NCBI RefSeq assembly: GCF_000018465.1
Contig: NC_010085.1
Span: 1,230,001-1,262,000 of the forward strand
Direction of reading: 5' to 3'
Origin: Nitrosopumilus maritimus SCM1
Lineage (GTDB): Archaea; Thermoproteota; Nitrososphaeria; Nitrososphaerales; Nitrosopumilaceae
DNA length: 32,000 nt
Positions 8,728-16,780 of the stretch are shown here, piece after piece; position 1 is the first letter of the stretch, and each line of letters begins with the position of its first letter. The notes beneath the pieces were generated by a model. It did not search any database and had not been told where the DNA came from. It saw nothing but the letters and a program-made list of their open reading frames with translations. The translations under genes and the position numbers were made by a program.

Positions 8728-9270
8728 TTACTTTTGATACCACGGACAGGATTCCAGATAATCAATTTCCTTAATCATGTCCTCAACTTTTTTTACAACT
8801 GCAAAAATTGAGCGGTACTGCTCGTACATGTCTATCTCTTCTTGTTCTGAAAGTACTTTTTCTTCTGCATCATCAAAGAACTTGTTCTCTTTGTTTAGAT
8901 GATCATTTAGAAATACTGCATATGTTTTGAGATACCTTGACACTGACTCTCGTGCATCTTCTCCTGCCTTCCATCGTTTCAAATGATGGTGAATTTTCTT
9001 TGCAACGTTTCTTCCAAACTCGTGCTCTACTAGAAATTTGTGAATCTCATCTTTTAGAGAATCATGACTTGCCACGCACGGAAAATAAGAGTCCTCTTCT
9101 CGGGAATGGTGAATTGTATCAACAAATTCAGATATTACAATGGTGATTTTTGTAAGATCAGAAAACGGAATGTCCTCCCCGTTTTTTAATTCCTCAGCAC
9201 ATTTGAAGACAATCTTTTCTAGTCTTCTTACCTGAATGTGATCTGCACGTAATTCATCTGTGGCGCTCAT
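8728..9270 (-). CDS. Hemerythrin HHE cation-binding domain protein
   Basis: HH..EED.YFP (TIHHSREEDSYFPCV), HEFGRNVAKKIHHHL, FLNDHLNKENKFFF-like spacing. Confidence 0.85.
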   Translation of the reverse strand: MSATDELRADHIQVRRLEKIVFKCAEELKNGEDIPFSDLTKITIVISEFVDTIHHSREEDSYFPCVASHDSLKDEIHKFLVEHEFGRNVAKKIHHHLKRWKAGEDARESVSRYLKTYAVFLNDHLNKENKFFDDAEEKVLSEQEEIDMYEQYRSIFAVVKKVEDMIKEIDYLESCPWYQK

Positions 9271-9280
9271 GATGATAAAG

Positions 9281-10615
9281 TCAGTTCACGCTAATTGTAC
9301 CTTTCATCCAAGGATGCAAAGTACAGATGTAATCAAACTCTCCTGGATTGTCAAAGGAGTAGCTCCATGTATTTCCTGCCTGTATGAATCCAGAGTCAAA
9401 TGAATTTTCATTGTCAGTTACAGTATGCACTACAGAGTCATCATTTGTCCACGTTACGGTAGTACCAGAGTCAACTTGTATTGCAATAGGATCATATGAC
9501 TCTGTGATTTCAGGATTCCAGGAATCCTTTACAATTGATACCTTGTCAGCAGATACTTTTTCAGATGATATGGCAGCAGACTCTCCCAAGTTTTCATATG
9601 AGATTAGCTGTGGTTGCTCCAAAGTTCTGATTAGGTCTTCTTGCCACTCTACCATGGAATAGCTTCCCTTGTTGTTGCTTGGTCTTTGAACGTCTGATAA
9701 TGATGATGCATCCTCAAGCACTTCAATCATTGCCATGGAGCCACGTTCCTCTTGTATTCCATGTACATGGAAGAGGTACATTCCAGGCTGTGTCCATGTA
9801 GCTTCAATTATTGCAGTGTCACCGTTTCCTATCAGATGTGTCTGTGCATAGTATGGCTCATTCCACAGTATTCCTGACGGGTACACCTTCATGATTGTGC
9901 TGTGAACATGGAACGGTGACTGTAAAACTCCCCCAATACCTACAACATAAAATCTGGTCAATTCTCCTGAAACAACTCGTATTGGATTATCCATGTACTG
10001 ACCGGCATATCCATTAATTGGATAAAATTCAGTAAAATGCTCCAATGCGTTATTTGGATCAAATTCGCTTAAAGTAAAAAAGTATTCACGTGCAGGATCC
10101 ATTGGACGTATTGCAGGATCAATTATCATGGTGCCAAACATGCCCATTCTAACATGCTCGGACGTAGGAAATGCATGACAGTGATACATGAACAGTCCTG
10201 CTTCTTCTGCTACAAAGTGATACGTGTATTCCTCTCCAGGCATTATCATTGGAAAGACTCCGTCATTTGCAGAATCATGGGTTCCATGAAAATGAATGGT
10301 ATGTGCATATGGAGTATCATTTACAAATTTTACGGTAACGTCATCTCCCTCAGAGAATCTAAGCGTTGGTGCAGGAACCGTTCCATTGTACGTCCAAACC
10401 TTGGCCCTGACTCCAGGAGACACCTCAATTTCGGCATCTTGTGCAATCAAAGTATAAGACAGTGTTTGCGGATTTGGGTTTTTGAATTTTGGAAAAGTGT
10501 CAGACGAGTCTGCAACAGTTGTTTGAATCTCAGGGGACTGTAAGAGTATTGCAAATGCTATGCTAAATCCAATTATGATTCCTGCAACAATATAGATTGT
10601 ATTTGGCTTTACCAC
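9281..10615 (-). CDS. nirK: Cu nitrite reductase-like two-domain multicopper oxidase with fused C-terminal cupredoxin
   Basis: Cu ligand motifs: HTIHFHG, MYHCHAFPTSEHVRMGMFG, FHVHS, LFHVHG; C-terminal type-1 Cu site VHTVTDN...YICTLHPWMKGTI; N-terminal signal anchor. Confidence 0.8.
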   Translation of the reverse strand: MVKPNTIYIVAGIIIGFSIAFAILLQSPEIQTTVADSSDTFPKFKNPNPQTLSYTLIAQDAEIEVSPGVRAKVWTYNGTVPAPTLRFSEGDDVTVKFVNDTPYAHTIHFHGTHDSANDGVFPMIMPGEEYTYHFVAEEAGLFMYHCHAFPTSEHVRMGMFGTMIIDPAIRPMDPAREYFFTLSEFDPNNALEHFTEFYPINGYAGQYMDNPIRVVSGELTRFYVVGIGGVLQSPFHVHSTIMKVYPSGILWNEPYYAQTHLIGNGDTAIIEATWTQPGMYLFHVHGIQEERGSMAMIEVLEDASSLSDVQRPSNNKGSYSMVEWQEDLIRTLEQPQLISYENLGESAAISSEKVSADKVSIVKDSWNPEITESYDPIAIQVDSGTTVTWTNDDSVVHTVTDNENSFDSGFIQAGNTWSYSFDNPGEFDYICTLHPWMKGTISVN

Positions 10616-10624
10616 GATGACTCA

Positions 10625-10837
10625 CTACAGTCCCAATGTGAGAAGTACTACAGATATTGCAGAAAAAGCATAGAAAATGTAAAATGATTTTTTGTGACGT
10701 GGTAAGGATGATTTTGAATTGTTTGAAAATAGATTTGATAGTTTTTGCGGAAAATATGCAAGAACATTATGAATATCAGATTCATAATTTTCTTCTTGTC
10801 TAGGGAAGCAGTGCTCTTGCATGAGAAGTATACGCAA
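10625..10837 (-). CDS. Tail-anchored microprotein, paralogue of 7396..7605
   Basis: MQEH...SLPRHKKSFYIFYAFSAISVVLLTLGL; directly upstream of the multicopper oxidase. Confidence 0.7.
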   Translation of the reverse strand: MRILLMQEHCFPRQEENYESDIHNVLAYFPQKLSNLFSNNSKSSLPRHKKSFYIFYAFSAISVVLLTLGL

Positions 10838-10856
10838 CTGTAAATCATATACATTG

Positions 10857-10874
10857 GTAAGCTGCCAAGCTTAC
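10857..10874 (-). promoter_or_regulatory. Inverted repeat operator candidate (copy 2) upstream of 10625..10837
   Basis: + strand GTAAGCT-GCCA-AGCTTAC perfect 7-bp arms; CATATAC at 10846-10852 at identical spacing to copy 1. Confidence 0.6.
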
Positions 10875-10960
10875 ATGTAGTGAGATGTTTTTACAACAGG
10901 GGTTTTGACAAATGGCAAATCCAATCTCATAGTTTGCCAATGTTGTGGCAAGAAATTATT

Positions 10961-11136
10961 TTAGTTATGTTTTTGCAGATATTTGCGCAATATCACATTA
11001 ATCACTGCAGAATAGCTGTAGGATTTTTGTCTCTTTGCATCCATTGCGCTTGAATTGTTCGTATTTTTTTATCCAAAGAGCTGTCAATTACAAATGTAAC
11101 GCGTCTTGCCACAGTCAATCCCAATAAAAAATACAT
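10961..11136 (-). pseudogene. Ribbon-helix-helix regulator gene with apparent 1-nt frameshift
   Basis: Frames join to (MYFLLGLT)VARRVTFVIDSSLDKKIRTIQAQWMQRDK / KSYSYSAVINVILRKYLQKHN* if the A5 run (plus-strand TTTTT near 11024-11028) had one more base. Confidence 0.6.
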
Positions 11137-11239
11137 AATAAATTCATACCTGTGTCAAGTAATATCTTGAGGTAATTCTCAAAGGACAAAAATAAGACAA
11201 ACTAGTATATGTGACCATTTTTCAAATTAGGTCAATTTT

Positions 11240-11368
11240 ATGACATCTCATGCCAAAGCCAAGAAAGTTGTTTGTCCCGATTGTGGATATTCCATGAATG
11301 AAGAAAATTACAAAAACAGGCACAAAAACTCAAAGAAATGCAAGAGAAATCAAAAATCGCAGTCTTGA
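11240..11368 (+). CDS. 42-aa zinc-finger microprotein
   Basis: Direct translation MTSHAKAKKVVCPDCGYSMNEENYKNRHKNSKKCKRNQKSQS*; C-x2-C...H-x5-C. Confidence 0.6.
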   Translation: MTSHAKAKKVVCPDCGYSMNEENYKNRHKNSKKCKRNQKSQS

Positions 11369-11521
11369 ATATACGGAATTAAAAAAATACAAAGTGGAAT
11401 TCCAAGAATTGGATGTTTTCAATTCATGAAATCTCTTTTCCACATTTGTTTGAGCATATGTTTTCAAACAAGCTTGCAAACTCTCTTCCACAATGAATAC
11501 ACGTTCTAAAGATTTTCATGA

Positions 11522-11659
11522 TTAGTTATGGAATAATTCTACAAAATCACAGCCAGAGCATATTTTTGCTTGAATCTTTCTCCAAGGCTGTTCTGCTTGT
11601 AGAGAGATGTTTGTCTCGCTTCTTTGAACAAGATTTGAACATTTTGGACATGTTTCCAT
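11522..11659 (-). CDS. 45-aa zinc-ribbon microprotein
   Basis: Direct translation METCPKCSNLVQRSETNISLQAEQPWRKIQAKICSGCDFVELFHN*; overlaps the implausible track ORF 11539..11727 in another frame. Confidence 0.7.
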   Translation of the reverse strand: METCPKCSNLVQRSETNISLQAEQPWRKIQAKICSGCDFVELFHN

Positions 11660-11820
11660 GCTTTTGTATTCTTGTGCTCAGATATTATTAGCTGTAAGCT
11701 TGACAGCTTACCAATGTTTTTGATCACAATTGCAAAACGGAATTGACTTCTAGTTGTGCAATGACAAATTTCATTTGAAAAATTAGATCTGATTGAACAG
11801 ACTATACCTTGTTTTCATTT

Positions 11821-12507
11821 TTAATTCACGGTTAGTTTTGTCACTTCTTGTTCCAATGTTGTTGGAAACTTCATGACACCGCGATGCCAAAAGTTGTACT
11901 CTGTCATCTCATCTCTTTCAAACGTGTGCTCCTTGACGTCCAGGAATAGTTCTACCTCATGCTCTGCCAGACTCTGAAGTGCAGATAGATAATTTTCTTG
12001 AGGCATATTGCCTGATGAAAACTCTTCTTTTAGCAATTCAAACTCTTTGTGTATTTGGTCATATCTGTCACGAAGTTCTTGTGTTGTGTATTTGTTGCCA
12101 AGATCAACGGGTTCCAACTCTACAATATCATTGACAAATATCACCTGCTTTGTCCTGTCCTGTTCTGGATAGTACCAGTCAGGGGCTTCTGGATCATAGA
12201 ATCCTGAAACTTGGACATGTTGGAGATTTTCTGGCAGAGTACCTACATTATACAGTGCAATTTGGATGGCACCATGCAATTCTGAATAGATTTTGTTAGG
12301 AATCAGCACATATTCTGGTTTTCTGTCACTTTGCGGTGCATTGAGTGGTGTCTCGTATGGTTTTATCTTACCATCAATTTGCACATGCAAAAGATCTTCA
12401 GGAACGTCCATTGTTGTAACGACAAACAGATTGGGTGCAAGATAGAAAATTCCAACAATTATTGCAACAACTACAATACCTATGCCAATTGGAACTGTCT
12501 TATTCAT
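11821..12507 (-). CDS. Membrane-anchored hypothetical protein (228 aa)
   Basis: N-terminal signal anchor MNKTVPIGIGIVVVAIIVGIFYLAPN followed by soluble domain. Confidence 0.75.
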   Translation of the reverse strand: MNKTVPIGIGIVVVAIIVGIFYLAPNLFVVTTMDVPEDLLHVQIDGKIKPYETPLNAPQSDRKPEYVLIPNKIYSELHGAIQIALYNVGTLPENLQHVQVSGFYDPEAPDWYYPEQDRTKQVIFVNDIVELEPVDLGNKYTTQELRDRYDQIHKEFELLKEEFSSGNMPQENYLSALQSLAEHEVELFLDVKEHTFERDEMTEYNFWHRGVMKFPTTLEQEVTKLTVN

Positions 12508-12609
12508 AATATTCTCACTTTGTTTACACCCATATACCGTTTTACAAGTATTTCTTAATTCACAAATATTGCTTGTTGTAGAAAATCATTTGTTAGAAAA
12601 TAATTTCAA

Positions 12610-13134
12610 TTACAATCCCATTTCAGATTTTAGTTGGGAACACCACTTTGTGACTCTTTCATCAGTATGTTCTGATTCACTGTCTTCATCAACTGGCAGT
12701 CCACAAAACTTGCCATCAATAACGCTTTTTGAACCTGTGAAAGTATAACCATCAGTGCTCACATATCCTACCATTTTTGCACCAGCTTTTTGAAAATACC
12801 TGTGCAACTCTTCCATTGCATCAACAAAATTGTCAGCATAACCTGCAGCATCACCCAAGCCACATATTGCAACGGGTTTGCCTTTGAGGTCTAACTCGCC
12901 AATTTTTTCCAACAGATCATCCCAAGCAGTACCTGATCTGTTTTCATCTTCACCAGTATTCCATGTTGGTATGGCACAAATGAGTCCATCCATTTCTAGG
13001 AATTGACTTGGATCTTCTCCAAGCTCAGAAACGTCTTTTGGGTCTGTAACTGCATCACCCAATTCGCTTTTTATCTTAGCACATACCAACTCAGTCTTGC
13101 CAGTCTGTGAGCCAAAGTAAATTCCAACTGTCAT
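12610..13134 (-). CDS. fldA: Long-chain flavodoxin
   Basis: GSQTGKTE P-loop, ICAIPTWNTGE, CGLGDAAGYADNFVDAM, VGYVSTDGYTFTGSKSVIDGKFCGLPVDEDSESEHTDERV. Confidence 0.9.
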   Translation of the reverse strand: MTVGIYFGSQTGKTELVCAKIKSELGDAVTDPKDVSELGEDPSQFLEMDGLICAIPTWNTGEDENRSGTAWDDLLEKIGELDLKGKPVAICGLGDAAGYADNFVDAMEELHRYFQKAGAKMVGYVSTDGYTFTGSKSVIDGKFCGLPVDEDSESEHTDERVTKWCSQLKSEMGL

Positions 13135-13213
13135 AAATTGGGATTAACCATTACAGTATTTATCTAATTTGCTTTTTGAATAAATAAATAAGATAATTAC
13201 AGTATCGGGTTTA

Positions 13214-13858
13214 TTGGAGCAAGACAATCCAAAGAAGATTTATCCTCAGGGTTATGAGCCAAAAATAAAAGTTGATGAGAATCCAAATATCAGAAATCAG
13301 CTTCTAAATGAAATTCTAAAGGCATCACCTACAGAAGTTGTCGATACGGACTTGTTTGCAGTAATGGCAAAGAGACGCTCTACAAGAAAATTCAAAAAGC
13401 AAATTGTAGAAACAGAAAAGGTAGACAAAATTATTGCCGCAGCAGACACTGCACCTACTGCAAGAAACTTTCAGGGATTTGAGATATTTTACATCAAGAG
13501 TCCCCAAAAGAAAAAAGAGCTCATAGAAGCATGCAACAAACAGCCATATGTTAATGCACCACTAGTGCTGGTGTTTTGCAAAAATCCTGACAGGGTAAAG
13601 CTAGACTTTCCAGAGCATATTTTGAAAAAATTTGCAATTCAGGATGCGACATTGGCTGCTGCATATTCCCAATTGGCAGCACAGGCCTTGGGCTTGAGTT
13701 CCATATGGATTGGAATGTTAGACGAGCAAAAGGTGATGGATGTGATAGGAACAGATCTGACGCCCTCATCTGTCCTGTGTATTGGGTATCCTGAACAGGT
13801 AAAATTCCCAAAACCACGAAGAAATCTCAAAGAACTGGTACACGTTGTGTGGGATTGA
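13214..13858 (+). CDS. Nitroreductase family protein
   Basis: FMN-binding RRSTRKFKKQIV, AADTAPTARNFQGFEIFYI, SSIWIGMLDEQKV. Confidence 0.9.
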   Translation: MEQDNPKKIYPQGYEPKIKVDENPNIRNQLLNEILKASPTEVVDTDLFAVMAKRRSTRKFKKQIVETEKVDKIIAAADTAPTARNFQGFEIFYIKSPQKKKELIEACNKQPYVNAPLVLVFCKNPDRVKLDFPEHILKKFAIQDATLAAAYSQLAAQALGLSSIWIGMLDEQKVMDVIGTDLTPSSVLCIGYPEQVKFPKPRRNLKELVHVVWD

Positions 13859-13942
13859 AATCAAAATACTGATGCAAAGAGGATTTTTGGGTAAGCTTTC
13901 TTGTTGACTGGTACTTAACATGTATTCTAGTTAACATACATC

Positions 13943-14190
13943 ATGGGTGAGAAATACTGGGCATAGTCTGTAATGGAATCTGCAACAAGTACAAAGCCAA
14001 AAAGCCTTCCAATGAGGGCAGATATACAGCAGGGCAAAAGAGATGCAATTCATGTGAAATTTTTATTCACTGGGAGGGATTGTTTTGCCCATGCTGCAAA
14101 TACAGATTAAGATCTTGTCCTCGTAATTCTAAAAACAAGGAGAAATTTCTCAAAGTTTCATCCCATAGAAAAAACATGCTACAAAAATAA
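13943..14190 (+). pseudogene. Cys-rich zinc protein with disrupted 5' frame (frameshift or non-AUG start)
   Basis: Frame encodes ...ILGIVCNGICNKYKAKKPSNEGRYTAGQKRCNSCEIFIHWEGLFCPCCKYRLRSCPRNSKNKEKFLKVSSHRKNMLQK*; joins to ATG 13943 (MGEK) only if the AAA run at 13952-13954 had one more A. Confidence 0.55.
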
Positions 14191-14214
14191 ATATTTCATA
14201 TCATGCTATAGATT

Positions 14215-14388
14215 ATGGCAAAAGAATTTAGCTGCTCACATGTGCATTCAGAATGCTCATGGAGTGCAACAGAAGAAACAGAAGACGAGTTGATGAAAAA
14301 AGTAACAGAGCACGCAAAACTCCACGGACACGATGAGATGACATCAGACCTTACTGCAAAAGTAAAATCCCTCATAAAAGAGGTTTAA
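14215..14388 (+). CDS. DUF1059-like small protein (57 aa; not in the ORF track)
   Basis: MAKEFSCSHVHSECSWSATEETEDELMKKVTEHAKLHGHDEMTSDLTAKVKSLIKEV*. Confidence 0.8.
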   Translation: MAKEFSCSHVHSECSWSATEETEDELMKKVTEHAKLHGHDEMTSDLTAKVKSLIKEV

Positions 14389-14408
14389 TTTTTTCTTTAA
14401 CGTCCAAC

Positions 14409-14455
14409 ATTCAAGTATACATACCAAATGTTATTTTGTAAGTATGTGTTTGAAT
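14409..14455 (+). repeat. Hairpin possibly related to the 17640/21450 elements (copy C, degenerate)
   Basis: ATTCAA-GT-ATACATAC / GTATGTGT-TTGAAT stem, 3' TTTGAATCC shared. Confidence 0.35.
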
Positions 14456-14510
14456 CCTAAAAGATTAAAACTATTTTGCAGACTAGTTTAATCCTGTTTA
14501 ATATCACATG

Positions 14511-15989
14511 TTATTGCGTCAGGTATTCAATCATGGCATTGCAATGATCATCCATGAATGCATCAAGATTTCCAAGTTTGCCTTCCCATTGTTCAATGGT
14601 AAGTGTTGTACAAACATCCAATGCTTCAGAATCAACAGAATCTAGTCCCAGTTGTGCGTTATCCATGACGCTTTGTGTAAACTGTTTGTTTGTTTTGATG
14701 TGGTCTTTTGTTGCAAGAAGATTTGTGTGACCTGAAATCAAAACCTCAAAATCATAATTTTGTAATGTGTCATGTGTATCCAAGTAAAGATCAATATCAG
14801 GAGTAACTCCAAATGCACGATATGGGGACTCTGCAGGACGCAAAAGGTCAACTAGCATTGCAACCTTATAGTTAGGAAGTAGAATTAACAAATTACCTTT
14901 GGAATGAAAGTCACCAAGATTGTAAAACTCGATAGTTTTGTTGCCAATTTCAAGAGTGTTAAAGTCTCCTTCTAGGATTTGAGTTGGAATAGGCCTGTCA
15001 GGATTATTTTCAGATTTTAATTCATCTGCAGCATCTTTGTGTGATATGTATGTAATATCTTGGGAAAATATTTCTCCAGCTGCACCAGTGTGGTCTTGAT
15101 GATGATGCGAGTAGATCATATGAGTAATGGGTTCATCAGTTACCTCATCTATTGCACTAAGATACTTTTCGCCTATAGGTTGCGGTGCATCAACTGCAAC
15201 AACTCCTTGTCCGGTAGTTAGAAACATTGTCTGGTAGCCACTTCCAACTAGCCAGTATACACCATCAGCAATTTCTAGAACAGCATATCCCTTATCAGGA
15301 TCAGTTTGAATAGGAACCAGAGTGTGTTGTAACACAGTTTCATCTAATTCAAATTCCGTTGGAATTACATCAGAACATTCTCCTGCATGTTTGACTGCAA
15401 CGTGACTTGAGTCTATGGCACATTTGTTGCCATATGTCTTTCCGTCAATTCCACATACGGGGGCATATTCTAGTGTACATGCAATTACAGGATACTGTGT
15501 TTGCCATCCGCGTTGTTCAAGTTTATCTGCAGAATCAGGAGTGACACATGCAGGGGAGGCGTCACGAGACTTGAAGATCAGATTCAATCCTTCTGCACAT
15601 ATTACATCAGAAGCTGCAATTCCAGCATTTCCTTGCTGAGTGGGTCTAAGGTATGGTTGTTTGACACCATCCATCACACAAACCTTTCCAGCATAGACAC
15701 TTGGACCGCATCTGTCATTTAGTACACAGAGGTCCCCAAGAGATGCAAATCCTGGTGCACATACATTGTTGTATGGAATATGTTTTTCATGTATCCTGAC
15801 ATCATCTGCATACGAATACGACACAAGAGAAACCGCCAATACAGCAACCAAACTAAATAGTGAAAAGCTAAATACCAAAAAATTATTTTTCATGTATTTT
15901 TGGAATTTGTCATATCTTTTATTGTTTTTTGCCACAGCAGTATCTTGCATGAGATACGACAGAAGAGAATTAAGATATACGTTTGTCAA
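14511..15989 (-). CDS. Secreted/anchored protein: Cys-rich module + Kazal domain + metallo-beta-lactamase fold hydrolase
   Basis: Signal anchor; Kazal signature [35 protein letters not shown]; MBL motif [27 protein letters not shown]-like. Confidence 0.88.
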   Translation of the reverse strand: MTNVYLNSLLSYLMQDTAVAKNNKRYDKFQKYMKNNFLVFSFSLFSLVAVLAVSLVSYSYADDVRIHEKHIPYNNVCAPGFASLGDLCVLNDRCGPSVYAGKVCVMDGVKQPYLRPTQQGNAGIAASDVICAEGLNLIFKSRDASPACVTPDSADKLEQRGWQTQYPVIACTLEYAPVCGIDGKTYGNKCAIDSSHVAVKHAGECSDVIPTEFELDETVLQHTLVPIQTDPDKGYAVLEIADGVYWLVGSGYQTMFLTTGQGVVAVDAPQPIGEKYLSAIDEVTDEPITHMIYSHHHQDHTGAAGEIFSQDITYISHKDAADELKSENNPDRPIPTQILEGDFNTLEIGNKTIEFYNLGDFHSKGNLLILLPNYKVAMLVDLLRPAESPYRAFGVTPDIDLYLDTHDTLQNYDFEVLISGHTNLLATKDHIKTNKQFTQSVMDNAQLGLDSVDSEALDVCTTLTIEQWEGKLGNLDAFMDDHCNAMIEYLTQ

Positions 15990-16065
15990 CTGTAGAAATT
16001 ACCAGTAATTATTACATCGTCTGATGACAAGTTTGTGGCAGGAATTCTGCCCATCAATATTTCAT

Positions 16066-16743
16066 TTATCTATTTTTTCTAGACTTTAATGCAACTTCAA
16101 TTCCAAGCCCGATTACAACTATTGCAAGGACCACAATCACAGACAAGAAAACATCAACTGCCACATCTCCTGTCATTACAGCAGAATCTGCTCCAGAAGA
16201 TTCCATGTTTCCTGCAGGTACCCGTGCAGTCATTTCTGAATCCGCACTTCTTGACATGAACGGTGCAGATGATGGAGCAGGCTGGCTTGGACTAGAAACT
16301 GTTGATGTCTTTTGCATGAATTGTGATGTGAACCACGCAGCAACAGACACTCCGCCAAGTGTAGCCAGTCTGTGAATTCTGTTAAATGAGTTAAACAAAG
16401 ATTTGCTCTTTTTTGCGGGCTGGGACATTGCGTTTGGAAGTATTACAAGTGCGACTTTGTCAACAATGTAGAACTTCATGTCGTGTGATTTTGAATTTTT
16501 TCCCACGTTTGTTATTTTTACCACTCCAACTGACTGCATTTTTTTTAAATGGTGTATTACAAGCGGCAAGGACAGTTCTGTTTTTTGTGCAAGCTGATTT
16601 GCAGTAAAGGATTGATTAAACAATAATTGCAGTATTTTTCTGCTAGAATCAGATGATAGTATTTCTCCGATAACTTTTAGTCTGTCGTCTTCTGTTGATA
16701 TAATGTCAACCTTGTCAGAAATGTTTGGTTCATCGGAATCCAT
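16066..16743 (-). CDS. Membrane-bound winged-helix (ArsR-like) regulator
   Basis: N-terminal HTH (ILQLLFNQSFTANQLAQKTELSLPLVIHHLKKMQSVGVV), C-terminal TM helix. Confidence 0.8.
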   Translation of the reverse strand: MDSDEPNISDKVDIISTEDDRLKVIGEILSSDSSRKILQLLFNQSFTANQLAQKTELSLPLVIHHLKKMQSVGVVKITNVGKNSKSHDMKFYIVDKVALVILPNAMSQPAKKSKSLFNSFNRIHRLATLGGVSVAAWFTSQFMQKTSTVSSPSQPAPSSAPFMSRSADSEMTARVPAGNMESSGADSAVMTGDVAVDVFLSVIVVLAIVVIGLGIEVALKSRKNR

Positions 16744-16780
16744 AAAAAAAGTGTGGGCACTAGTGTATTATTAAGACTTC

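Noticed and set aside
11539-11727. Track ORF 11539..11727 as a gene
   Set aside because: The overlapping frame 11522..11659 encodes a coherent CPKC...CSGC protein; the track frame lacks any recognisable feature.
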